Positions 8,963-18,442 of a stretch of DNA of 64,000 nucleotides are shown piece by piece. A model generated the notes under the pieces. That model did not search any database. It worked only from the letters and a program-made list of their open reading frames with translations, and had not been told where the DNA came from. Source of the DNA: a bacterium. GTDB taxonomy: Bacteria > Patescibacteriota > Microgenomatia > Levybacterales > UBA12049. The stretch spans positions 65,001-129,000 of the forward strand of contig JAJYDJ010000003.1 in assembly GCA_021777565.1 (NCBI GenBank), written 5' to 3'. Each line of letters starts with the position of its first letter. Position 1 is the stretch's first letter. The translations under genes were made by a program, and so were the position numbers.

Positions 8963-10091
8963 ACTTGAAAATAAATTCGTAAGTATTAACGCTGAAGATA
9001 TTCAATCTGTGACTGATTCTCTGAGGCAAAAACAGCTTGCTGGGACAGCAGATGTTGTAAAAACCTATGAGCAAAAACTGTCTGAATATTTTGCAGCCAA
9101 ATATGCCCATGCATGCAATTCTGGTACTGCTGGGATTGAGCTTATTCTTAGAGCTCTTGGCGTAGACGAGAACAGTGAAGTTTTATTGCCACCGACGGGT
9201 CCTGTGATGTGTGTATTGCCGATAATAGCAATTGGAGCAAAACCAGTTTTTGTCGATGTAGATTCATCATCTACTTTTGGTATTGATATTGAGGATTTGC
9301 AAAGAAAAATAACAAAAAAAACAAAAGCTCTTCTTGTAGTCCCCATGTGGGGATACCCAATCGAGATGAGTGAAATCAGAAAGATATGCCAAGAAAAACG
9401 AATTATTCTTATTGAAGACGCCTCACACTGTCACGGCAGTAAACTAGGAGAGCACTATGTTGGGACTCTTGCTGATCTTTCTATTTTTAGTACTCAAGAA
9501 AGAAAACTTGTCACGACAGGAGAAGGAGGATTTGTACTTACCAACACGCCTGAGATCAGTCAAGTAGTACAAGAAATGAGGAACTTCGGTAGGGCAACAA
9601 CAAATGTTGCATATTTTGATAGAAAAGTAGATGATTTTGGCGTACGTTTTGGCCTTAATTTTAGGCTTAGTGCAACAAATGCAGCTCTAGGGATATCCCA
9701 GCTAGAGAAATTGGATAATAAGATTAAACAAAGAACTCGAAATGCAGAATACATACGAGAGTCCTTGAATAATTGTAAAGACATTGAAGAAATACCAATT
9801 CTCTCTCATGCAATACCTAATTATTACTCAATAGTTTTTAAGATAAAAAATATGACAAACAACGCTGTGTTTGGGAAATATCTAGACGAGCATGGAATTA
9901 TATCTGACACATATAGATTTAACTATATGCCGCTATATCAAATGCCACTCTTTAGTTCATATGTTTCTTCATGTCCCAATGCAGAATCTGTAACAAAATC
10001 AATCTTTACGTTGCCGACACATGAAGGACTAATCCAGAAAGATTTAGATCATATTATTTCAACTGTAAAAGATTTTTATGCAAATACTTAA
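8955..10091 (+). CDS. DegT/DnrJ/EryC1/StrS-family PLP-dependent sugar aminotransferase
   Basis: Family-typical N-terminus. The Lys-containing segment IEDASHCHGSKLG matches the DAAHA.G.K PLP-binding-Lys region. It overlaps its upstream neighbour by 8 nt. Confidence 0.85.
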   Translation: MYKLENKFVSINAEDIQSVTDSLRQKQLAGTADVVKTYEQKLSEYFAAKYAHACNSGTAGIELILRALGVDENSEVLLPPTGPVMCVLPIIAIGAKPVFVDVDSSSTFGIDIEDLQRKITKKTKALLVVPMWGYPIEMSEIRKICQEKRIILIEDASHCHGSKLGEHYVGTLADLSIFSTQERKLVTTGEGGFVLTNTPEISQVVQEMRNFGRATTNVAYFDRKVDDFGVRFGLNFRLSATNAALGISQLEKLDNKIKQRTRNAEYIRESLNNCKDIEEIPILSHAIPNYYSIVFKIKNMTNNAVFGKYLDEHGIISDTYRFNYMPLYQMPLFSSYVSSCPNAESVTKSIFTLPTHEGLIQKDLDHIISTVKDFYANT

Positions 10092-10581
10092 TAACTTGTT
10101 ATTGCCTGAGAAGTTCTGCAAACATGAGAGGCATATTACTGTTTCAGGCTACATCTTTAACAAAAGTCTAACAAAGGTAGTTTTACTTCATCACAAGAAA
10201 CTACACAAATGGATGGCTGCTGGTGGACATATTGAGGTAAATGAGTTACCGCATGAGGCTATTTCACGAGAGATTAAAGAAGAGGTAGGAGTTGAAGCGG
10301 ATTTTATTGATTCTATGATTGCTGCTAAGTTCGATTCTGTAAATGAGTGGAAGATGCCTTCGCCATATTTTGCCATGATGCAAGTAATCCCTGAAACAAA
10401 AACAAATCCCGAGCATTTACATTACGACTATAGCTATATACTCGTTGCACGCACAAAGAAATTGAATCCTAAACCAGATGAGTCACAAAAAGTTCAATGG
10501 TTCTCTTTACCTGAAGTGCTAAAACTGGAAACATTCCCTATTGTGCCAAAAATTTGTAAAGCGATACTTTCAAAAAAATAA
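10078..10581 (+). CDS. NUDIX hydrolase
   Basis: The Nudix box GGHIEVNELPHEAISREIKEEVGVEA matches GX5EX7REUXEEXGU. Confidence 0.8.
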   Translation: MQILNNLLLPEKFCKHERHITVSGYIFNKSLTKVVLLHHKKLHKWMAAGGHIEVNELPHEAISREIKEEVGVEADFIDSMIAAKFDSVNEWKMPSPYFAMMQVIPETKTNPEHLHYDYSYILVARTKKLNPKPDESQKVQWFSLPEVLKLETFPIVPKICKAILSKK

Positions 10582-10582
10582 T

Positions 10583-12187
10583 ATGAATAACTTACCTCTT
10601 AATTATTCTGATATGTATATAGGGATTGTCTTGACTGCGACTTCAATAGTTTTGGCTCGAGGCATTATGAATCTCTATAAGATAATTGATAATATCTCCT
10701 GGCTTAAAAAGACACATTATTCATCTGACGATTATAAAATCGTAAAGGATTTTCCACCAATCATTATCTGCATACCCATGTTACGGGAACAAAGGACAGC
10801 AAAATCAACAATCGAGTATTTCTCTAGTCTAGAGTATGCTAAAAAAGATTATCAACTTGTTATTGTAACCACTGAGAAAGAGCGGTATGACAAGGATGTT
10901 TACAAAAAAAGATTACCTCAGATATATGCAGACTTAAAACAGGGCATTTCTTTAGCAAGCTTTGTAGATAGGTATCTTGGCGTATTTTCTGAAGCAGAAC
11001 TCGTACATCTATTCCAAGCAAAAGATAAGGGAATTTCCTTGAAAGAAATAACTGAAAAATTTAATCAAATTCCCAGTACTGAAGATATTGCTCAAGAAGA
11101 AGCTAAAAGAATTAATAAAAAAGTGGGATTCGAGCTAATAAAAGTACTCCACTACCCCAAGAATCATAGAACTGTTAGTGAACAGATTAATTATGCGATT
11201 GATTATTATAGAGACATAAAAAGATACGAGAGGGGATATTTTGCATTATATAATGCCGATTCACGTCCAAGTTTAACAATTTTATATGATGCGCTTGTTA
11301 CAAAGGCTAACTTTGAAAGGAAATATAACTATTCTCCTCAAGTCATGCAACAATCTTCACTGTTTACATTAAACTATGGTATGTTTAAGAACAATCTCAA
11401 TGGATTCTTGTTGAAAGCATCAGCATTATTCCAAACAAAATGGACGCTTACCCATGAGTTTTCTATCCTCCGAAGCCAATCAGATACAGCAATGAAAATA
11501 AAGAAGGTAACAAATCCACTTGCGAAAATTTGGTATTCACGTCTAGGTATTTGCATTACGCATGGATTGTTCTTGAGTATGAAACTTATTAAAACACAAT
11601 ATATGCCTACCGACACAGTAACTGAAGACCTGCCATTGGGTTACTATTTATCCTGTCTTAATGAACCAATCGTACCAATACCATCAATTGAGAATTCAGA
11701 ATCCCCAGTTACATTAGGAAGTCTCTTTAATCAAAAAAAAGTTTGGTTCTGGCCATACTTACAATATGAGCAATGCAAAAGGAGAGTATTGAAACACTCT
11801 CTCTATCAATCAACGATATCAGTATATCTCATTACCTTTCAAGGCCAATTAAGAGGATTAACATGGCTACTACAGTCACCAATACTAATACTTTCTTTTT
11901 TGGGTCTTGTCATGTTTAATCACTGGCAAGTAATAGAATTCTCTCTCCTTGCGATAATAATATATTGGTTCATACCTATTTATATTGTTTTGAAACAACT
12001 CAACAGTCTAGAAAATGAGTCAGGCAAAGGTCTCACCACACTGAGTTCTAGAGATTATATCTATACACCCCTCTCTGGGCTTCTCGTTCTTGCTTCCCAC
12101 TCCTATGGCCCTATACTTACTTGCATTGATTACCTCAAAGAGATTCTGTTTGGAAAGGTATACGTTAAGCAAAAAACAGAAAGATAA
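10583..12187 (+). CDS. polytopic membrane protein with GT-A (family-2-like) glycosyltransferase domain
   Basis: It has an N-terminal TM segment. PPIIICIPMLREQ...YQLVIVT resembles the GT2 N-terminal beta-strand/DXD region. The C-terminal third has multiple TM helices. The start is moved to ATG 10583, just after the NUDIX stop. Confidence 0.45.
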   Translation: MNNLPLNYSDMYIGIVLTATSIVLARGIMNLYKIIDNISWLKKTHYSSDDYKIVKDFPPIIICIPMLREQRTAKSTIEYFSSLEYAKKDYQLVIVTTEKERYDKDVYKKRLPQIYADLKQGISLASFVDRYLGVFSEAELVHLFQAKDKGISLKEITEKFNQIPSTEDIAQEEAKRINKKVGFELIKVLHYPKNHRTVSEQINYAIDYYRDIKRYERGYFALYNADSRPSLTILYDALVTKANFERKYNYSPQVMQQSSLFTLNYGMFKNNLNGFLLKASALFQTKWTLTHEFSILRSQSDTAMKIKKVTNPLAKIWYSRLGICITHGLFLSMKLIKTQYMPTDTVTEDLPLGYYLSCLNEPIVPIPSIENSESPVTLGSLFNQKKVWFWPYLQYEQCKRRVLKHSLYQSTISVYLITFQGQLRGLTWLLQSPILILSFLGLVMFNHWQVIEFSLLAIIIYWFIPIYIVLKQLNSLENESGKGLTTLSSRDYIYTPLSGLLVLASHSYGPILTCIDYLKEILFGKVYVKQKTER

Positions 12188-12192
12188 AACAT

Positions 12193-12897
12193 ATGGCTGA
12201 AATACATATCGCAACTATTGATGGGACTAGCTTTGCAGGGAAAACAACTCTACTTGAGGGCATCTCTCATGCAAATTCAAACATACAAAGGATTGAGGAA
12301 TACGATGCGTATGCTGGCGGCTTTATAAATTTCCCTGATTTTCCCCCAACAGATGAACAAGCAGCAAGAGATGGGATAGATTGTATTGTTCGATTAGACC
12401 AAATGCGTACTCCTGATATCAGAAGGAAAAGCGCAGATGGAGCCATTGTTGTTACTGATCGTTCTGTTCTCTCGTGCATTCTTTTTCAAGACACTGTCAG
12501 AAGGTTGATGCCACATATCCCAAATGCATACCAATACTGCTTAGAAGCATTTTTAAGGGCCCATGATGCAGGAGAAGTTATTTTCCCAAACTCACTCATA
12601 TATTTGGAGGCTGTCAATGTTGAAACATTTAATAAACGTGTTGGCAGAAGAGGACGTACTCCGATAGACTTTCTATCAAGCGAGGAGGCTTATTACTTTA
12701 CTAGAGAATGGTTTTCAAAACTCATTTCTCAGCATTATGCTACAGATAATAGTATCTTATTACAATCTGAAGATGGTAGACTAGATGAACTGGTTGCAAA
12801 TGCAATGGCATTTCTCCAAAACTCTAGTTACCAAGGAGATACTCGTCTCATGTTGGAGACATTGCTTGCGAATTGCAACAGATTGGAGCTAAGTTAA
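12193..12897 (+). CDS. P-loop nucleoside/nucleotide kinase (deoxynucleoside kinase / dNMP kinase-like)
   Basis: Walker A is IDGTSFAGKTT (compare dNK IEGNIGSGKTT). The DRS motif is present (VVTDRSVLS). Confidence 0.6.
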   Translation: MAEIHIATIDGTSFAGKTTLLEGISHANSNIQRIEEYDAYAGGFINFPDFPPTDEQAARDGIDCIVRLDQMRTPDIRRKSADGAIVVTDRSVLSCILFQDTVRRLMPHIPNAYQYCLEAFLRAHDAGEVIFPNSLIYLEAVNVETFNKRVGRRGRTPIDFLSSEEAYYFTREWFSKLISQHYATDNSILLQSEDGRLDELVANAMAFLQNSSYQGDTRLMLETLLANCNRLELS

Positions 12898-13529
12898 TGA
12901 TTACACCAAAAATCATCTTTATTGACTGGAATAAAACACTCTCATACTCATTGTTTTGGGAGCAATTGCAGACAGAAGAACATAGATATCATCCTTATGG
13001 TGATCAGATCATCCATTCGCTTTTCAATATTGACTTGAATCTTATAAACGACTGGATGCTTGGAAAGCATACAACAGAAGATGTATGTAATTTTATATCT
13101 GAACATGTAAAACTTCCAGCAAATATAATTCAACAGGAGCTTATTGTAAGTTGTCAGCATATGAAGTTTATTGACAAAGTGATACCTAGATTACTCACAA
13201 AAATACGCAAGAAAGGGATACGAGTAGTGATTGCGACAGACAATATGGATACGTTCCGTCGATTTACTATGCCAGCTCTAAAGTTAGAAGAACATTTTGA
13301 CGATTTTCTCATATCTTCCGAGTTAGGTGTGTTCAAATACACGTTTACTGATGATAAAATACCATTCTTTGATACCTATCTACAAGCCTATAACGCAACA
13401 TATCAAGATGTAGCTCTACTCGATGACAGTCCTGAGCAAACAGGAACATACGAAAAGAAAGGATTTGTTATTCGAGATGTACAGGATAAGAGTGATCTTA
13501 TAAGGTATTTAAAAGAATATGCTGCTTAA
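12897..13529 (+). CDS. HAD-superfamily hydrolase (phosphatase/nucleotidase-like)
   Basis: Motif I-like IIFIDWNKTL. Later conserved acidic motifs are VVIATDN and ALLDDSPEQ. The start ATG 12897 overlaps the upstream stop (TAATG). Confidence 0.5.
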   Translation: MITPKIIFIDWNKTLSYSLFWEQLQTEEHRYHPYGDQIIHSLFNIDLNLINDWMLGKHTTEDVCNFISEHVKLPANIIQQELIVSCQHMKFIDKVIPRLLTKIRKKGIRVVIATDNMDTFRRFTMPALKLEEHFDDFLISSELGVFKYTFTDDKIPFFDTYLQAYNATYQDVALLDDSPEQTGTYEKKGFVIRDVQDKSDLIRYLKEYAA

Positions 13530-14226
13530 TTTGATTTTCCACCATATTTCAACAACGCCATTATCTGATGATCATTGGGCTATTACACCAGAAAAATATT
13601 GGTCAGTTATTGATATGATAAATCAATTAATAAAAACCCAAAAAGTTCCATATGAAGATTATCGAATATATTTTGACGATGGATACAGTTCGTTCTATGA
13701 TTTTATTTACAAAGATATTCCTGAGAAAGAATTATCTCGATATACATTGGCTATTGTGACTGACGATGTAGATACTCCAAACCATATGACTCTCCAGCAG
13801 TTAAAAGAGATTCATGAGACAGGTATACACATGTCCTCTCATGGAGTTTCACATGCTTCTATAGCTATCTATATTGATAATGTTATACAAACTACTCCCC
13901 TGGGGGGCATCTATCAAAACTGTCCTTGGGGGCAAGGAAAAGCATTAAGCGAGAGAGAGGTTTTATATCAACTCCAGGAATCCAAAAAATTCCTTGAAAA
14001 ATATTTTGGAATAATTGATGAATTTGTATTTCCCTTTGGGATTTATAACAATCAGGTAATCGCACTGAATGATAAATACGGTTTATATAGATACATGTCC
14101 ACATGTGATGAAGTTCTTGACCATGGACAGTTTCTAAGACCACGATACCTAATATATAACACAAAAAGTATGGAGCAAATTAAAGACGAATTAATGAACA
14201 TTAAAAATCAATATGAACTACTGTAA
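13519..14226 (+). CDS. polysaccharide deacetylase (CE4/NodB domain)
   Basis: The FDDGY metal-binding motif is present, together with MTLQQLKEIHETGIHMSSHGVSH (HxxH-type motif). Confidence 0.7.
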   Translation: MLLNLIFHHISTTPLSDDHWAITPEKYWSVIDMINQLIKTQKVPYEDYRIYFDDGYSSFYDFIYKDIPEKELSRYTLAIVTDDVDTPNHMTLQQLKEIHETGIHMSSHGVSHASIAIYIDNVIQTTPLGGIYQNCPWGQGKALSEREVLYQLQESKKFLEKYFGIIDEFVFPFGIYNNQVIALNDKYGLYRYMSTCDEVLDHGQFLRPRYLIYNTKSMEQIKDELMNIKNQYELL

Positions 14227-14244
14227 TAAGATTAAATAACTTGT

Positions 14245-14907
14245 ATGGATGAATACTTAATGAAACTCAAGACTAAGGTAGATGTAATGTTTGCCAATGA
14301 AAAAAGTGGGCATGATATTGCACACTTAGAGAGAGTCATGAGACTAGCATTACACATTCAAAAAGAAGAAGGTGGGGATAGACTTATTATCGGCATTTCT
14401 GCATATTTACATGATATACATAGACTTCTTGAAAATAGAGAGCATAAATTTTTCTCTCCAAAAATGTCACTACCAATAGTAAAAGATCTATTAAAATCCG
14501 TAGACTTCCCTGACAGAGAGATCAGTAAAGTTCTCCATTGTATTGAGTTTCACGAGGAGTATGATTTCACCCCACAAGGAAAAACAGTATCAGATCTAGA
14601 GACCCTCATCTTGCAGGATGCAGATAATCTCGATGCAATGGGGGCAATTGGTATTGCAAGAGCATTTATGTACGCAGGACATCATGGTGCGGTTATGTGG
14701 AATCCAGAAGTACCTCTAAATCCTGAAGCTTTATTTGAAGATGCTAAATCATTAGATGACGCATCCACTATACATCATTTCTATCATAATATACTCAAAC
14801 TGTGTGACAACATGAACACCTCGACAGCCAAATCTATTGCAAAAGATAGGCAGGAATTTACGCAAGAGTACATAGAAAGATTTTTTACTGAGTGGGATTT
14901 CATTTAA
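14245..14907 (+). CDS. HD-domain phosphohydrolase (YfbR-like 5'-deoxynucleotidase family candidate)
   Basis: HDIAHLERV...LHDIHR...LQDADNLD gives the H...HD...D metal-ligand pattern of HD hydrolases. Confidence 0.7.
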   Translation: MDEYLMKLKTKVDVMFANEKSGHDIAHLERVMRLALHIQKEEGGDRLIIGISAYLHDIHRLLENREHKFFSPKMSLPIVKDLLKSVDFPDREISKVLHCIEFHEEYDFTPQGKTVSDLETLILQDADNLDAMGAIGIARAFMYAGHHGAVMWNPEVPLNPEALFEDAKSLDDASTIHHFYHNILKLCDNMNTSTAKSIAKDRQEFTQEYIERFFTEWDFI

Positions 14908-14974
14908 TTCCACATTTTGAGACATAGTCCAGGTATAAGTAATTTACTTACCTGTAAGAAATAAATCTAAACGG

Positions 14975-15982
14975 ATGAATAAGCTTTATCATAAAAACAC
15001 ACTTGGTTATCATGTTTTATCTCACGATAATAATTATCCACTTAATATACTAAAACTATCAAATCCAACAGGCCTTACATCTCTATCAATCGTTATACTT
15101 TACTTTGAAGCAGTACAGACAATTAACTTAGTTCTTGAACATTTACTAAAATCCGTTAATAAAATAAAAAAACAAGTTGATAAAACTTGGGATGTTGAAG
15201 TCATCTTGATTGACGATGGATCTACAACTTATACTGCCAAGGAAACAATACACCCAGACTATTTATCTCAAATTAAAGTAGTGAGACACGCTGTAAATAG
15301 GGGTCGATGTATAGCAAGAAATACAGGTATCAGATCGGCAAGAAAAGAGTTACTACTCTTCTTAGATGCAGATATACTGGTAAATGAAACAATTTTATTG
15401 AATCATATGAGGATACATAACGATATTCGGAAGTATGATGATAATGCTATATCCGTTTCGCTATTCAATTTTGTACAAAAAGATATACTTGATAGAACAA
15501 AAGACCTCTCAGTACTTTTTAAAAAAACCAACGACTTTAGAGATGATTGCACATACCAAGAAAAGTGGATAGGATGTGAGGAAGATAAGGAGTTTGCCAA
15601 TCAAAGATTTAGGATTATGAAAGATACACATTATTTACAGAAATGGCCTTTATCAGGCTCTGTTGGACCTTGGATAATGACAAATATGGTTTTGGGGGGA
15701 GCGTTTATGGTAGATCGAAAACTAGCACAACTTGTAAATGGCTGTGATTATCTTTTTGTTGAATATGGATTTGAGGAAACTTCTCTTGCAACGAAACTAA
15801 TTGTTTATTGTGGTTCTTATATAATCCCTGAAACTTCGGCATACCCTATTCACATAATATGTGAGCAAGGAGAGAAAAACAGGCCTGAGAAAAACACTCT
15901 ATTTAGAAAAGCCCATGACCTATATTTTAATAAGTTTTTAAAGAGGAAAATCAATGAAAATGTAATCTTTGATACAGATTGA
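14975..15982 (+). CDS. family 2 glycosyltransferase (GT-A)
   Basis: VILIDDGSTT...RHAVNRGRCIARNTGIRSA...LLFLDADI gives the typical GT2 DXD and catalytic region. Confidence 0.7.
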   Translation: MNKLYHKNTLGYHVLSHDNNYPLNILKLSNPTGLTSLSIVILYFEAVQTINLVLEHLLKSVNKIKKQVDKTWDVEVILIDDGSTTYTAKETIHPDYLSQIKVVRHAVNRGRCIARNTGIRSARKELLLFLDADILVNETILLNHMRIHNDIRKYDDNAISVSLFNFVQKDILDRTKDLSVLFKKTNDFRDDCTYQEKWIGCEEDKEFANQRFRIMKDTHYLQKWPLSGSVGPWIMTNMVLGGAFMVDRKLAQLVNGCDYLFVEYGFEETSLATKLIVYCGSYIIPETSAYPIHIICEQGEKNRPEKNTLFRKAHDLYFNKFLKRKINENVIFDTD

Positions 15983-16069
15983 GATATTGCTAAATTTCCA
16001 CAGACTACGTATAATCTTCGTGAGTTACGTTTATCCTGCCACTGCCCTCCAAACGTCTCTACTTTAACT

Positions 16070-16327
16070 ATGCAAGGACAAGTTATTCAGTTTCCTGGTC
16101 TTGATGCCCTTTTGTGGGGAATCGTTGCTACACTCCAATATTATTCGTTGCCAGCAATGGCACTTTCAATTGCAGCTATAGGCATTGCGTTAGTTATGAG
16201 TGGAGATGATATTGATCGCAAATCAAGACTAAAGCATTGGATCTTTAATATCCTGTTTGGTGGACTTTTTGTTTTTGGTGCTACTACGCTCGCCAATATT
16301 CTCAAGGGATTTTTGAGTAGTCATTAA
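16070..16327 (+). CDS. small two-helix membrane protein, VirB2/TrbC pilin-like candidate
   Basis: 85 aa with two hydrophobic helices separated by a short charged loop. It is the first gene of the T4SS-like block. Confidence 0.35.
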   Translation: MQGQVIQFPGLDALLWGIVATLQYYSLPAMALSIAAIGIALVMSGDDIDRKSRLKHWIFNILFGGLFVFGATTLANILKGFLSSH

Positions 16328-16365
16328 ATCTTAATAATCTCTGTTTATGAAAAATATTTCCAATA

Positions 16366-17646
16366 ATGAAACTTATTCTTGTATTTGCAATTATTTCTGT
16401 TATTCTTTTTAGTGTTCCGTCACCTATTTTCGCAGATACTCCCACCCCTACTCCTATACCCACACAGATACCTCAAGAAGCGACTAATGCACTAGGGAAC
16501 TCCCTCAACGGCTTTTTTTCAGGATTTGATTGGATTGCCGATGGCCTTATCTTCAACACACCTGATGTCACGCGTGATACTATCACACTGAGAGATGGTA
16601 CATCACTTGGAGGAATTAGTCAGTACAAAAATATATTTTATGATATAGCCATTCCAATTTTTGCCATTATTTTGGCAGCAAGTGCATTGCTGCATATTGC
16701 CAATGATGACAAGTATCAACTTGTGAATTTCCTGAAACGACTTGCCTTTGTGGCTATATTATTCATCCTTGCTCCCTATATACTTTCCTACAGTATCCAA
16801 TTCATTAACTTGCTTGATACACAAATACAACAACTACAAGTACTCAATTTAGTTACCTTCCTTACAGAATATGTACAAAGTGGTGATTTTAATAGTTTAC
16901 TTAAATTCAGTAGTAGCCCCCTATTATTTTTCTCCCCCACAGTCCTCTTACAGATGCTTATTATCATCATTTCTATGGGATTTCTCCTCCTAGGGTTTCT
17001 CTATATTGTTTTCCAGGCAGTAACACGCTTCGTAGCATTACTGATCCTTACTGTCTTAATGCCTATTGCTATTCCTTTTGCCCTTTCAGAGAAAACACAA
17101 AATATAACAAACAATTATTTCCGTACGTGGTTTACCTTTCTTATTCAACAGCCTGCATTCGTATTAGGATTTGCGCTCATCACTACTATTTTTGGTAACC
17201 TCTTGAAAGCACATTCATCAAGCATTGGGACACTTTTCCTCTATGCAGGATCACTCATCTTTTTAGGCGGTGTGAATGTCTTCATTGCGCGTATCTTCGG
17301 TAGTGGCTGGGAACTTATGACGATAAACAGTCAAAGTATGTTTGCCGCTGGAATGATTACAGGATTTGGTATGTCATCACTCAACAAATTTAAAGATGGA
17401 GCACTTACAGGAAAGGAAACTGGCATACGAAACCAAGTTGGTGCAACATTTGGACGAACCATGGGCTTTCTTATCATGGACAGAAAGAACTACTCAGAAA
17501 ATAGTGGAATTCCTCACCATGAACAATCTTCTCGAGGTGAGACATTTATAAATAGGCATGGCTATTTTGCTCACAAATCAGGGCAAAGACCAAATATAAC
17601 TTGGGAAAAGCCAAAAGCAAAGAAGGGGACAAATGAAGAGCGTTAG
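16366..17646 (+). CDS. VirB6/TrbL-like polytopic membrane protein
   Basis: A signal peptide is followed by a Thr-Pro-rich linker. There are at least 5 TM helices, and the protein is 426 aa. This is the usual architecture and position of VirB6-family proteins upstream of VirB4. Confidence 0.5.
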   Translation: MKLILVFAIISVILFSVPSPIFADTPTPTPIPTQIPQEATNALGNSLNGFFSGFDWIADGLIFNTPDVTRDTITLRDGTSLGGISQYKNIFYDIAIPIFAIILAASALLHIANDDKYQLVNFLKRLAFVAILFILAPYILSYSIQFINLLDTQIQQLQVLNLVTFLTEYVQSGDFNSLLKFSSSPLLFFSPTVLLQMLIIIISMGFLLLGFLYIVFQAVTRFVALLILTVLMPIAIPFALSEKTQNITNNYFRTWFTFLIQQPAFVLGFALITTIFGNLLKAHSSSIGTLFLYAGSLIFLGGVNVFIARIFGSGWELMTINSQSMFAAGMITGFGMSSLNKFKDGALTGKETGIRNQVGATFGRTMGFLIMDRKNYSENSGIPHHEQSSRGETFINRHGYFAHKSGQRPNITWEKPKAKKGTNEER

Positions 17647-18442
17647 GATATATAAGGATAATTTACGAGAACATATTTTGCGTTCTCTCTTTTTTAGTAA
17701 TAACGTCATCTTTCTCGGTGCAGGAATTGTTATTGCAGTAGTGACATTTCTGATCTTTCACTTTGTACTCCACTCATTCCAAATTGGCCTTTTTGTTATG
17801 ACTGTTTTTACTTCAGAGATATGTCTCGCTCTTATCACCACTATTCAGATAGAAAATCAGACAATTGTTTCACTCATTCCTCGCGTATGTGGGTTTGCAA
17901 CGACAAAAAAACAATATGAAATGAAGGATTTAGATGCGAGCACATCGAATTTCACCATTATTGGAAATGCAATAAAACACAAACAGGAACTTATTGCTAT
18001 TTTCGAGATACAGCCATATGATATTGCTCTTTTGAATGAAGAAGATCGAGACCACTTTTATCATCAAGTAAAGATGATGTTACATACACTACCTAAGCAC
18101 GTGCAGCTCATTGTACGAAAAGAGACCGCGAAAGTATCTGATTATCACAATCACTTCTTCTCCATGTATAAAGGTGCCGAGAAAAAACAAGAGAAGCTCA
18201 TAGCTCAATATGTTAATGACATATCAAGTCTTGTGGAAACAGGCAAGTTTCAAATCATGAAATATTATGCTGTCTTCTCTGCACCACTCCCAACTGACAA
18301 AGAAACGCATTTTGTTGATGCTCAGAAGAGTCTACATGATCAAAGTATTCGATTCATTACCTCACTAGGAGCACTACATATCAATGTGACACAACTGCAA
18401 AAAGAAGATTTAATTGCATATTGTAAATCACAATTACAGTAG
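17633..18442 (+). CDS. membrane-anchored T4SS accessory protein (VirB3/VirB8-like candidate)
   Basis: There are two N-terminal TM helices followed by a soluble domain. It overlaps VirB4 by 29 nt, suggesting an operon. No diagnostic motif. Confidence 0.35.
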   Translation: MKSVRIYKDNLREHILRSLFFSNNVIFLGAGIVIAVVTFLIFHFVLHSFQIGLFVMTVFTSEICLALITTIQIENQTIVSLIPRVCGFATTKKQYEMKDLDASTSNFTIIGNAIKHKQELIAIFEIQPYDIALLNEEDRDHFYHQVKMMLHTLPKHVQLIVRKETAKVSDYHNHFFSMYKGAEKKQEKLIAQYVNDISSLVETGKFQIMKYYAVFSAPLPTDKETHFVDAQKSLHDQSIRFITSLGALHINVTQLQKEDLIAYCKSQLQ

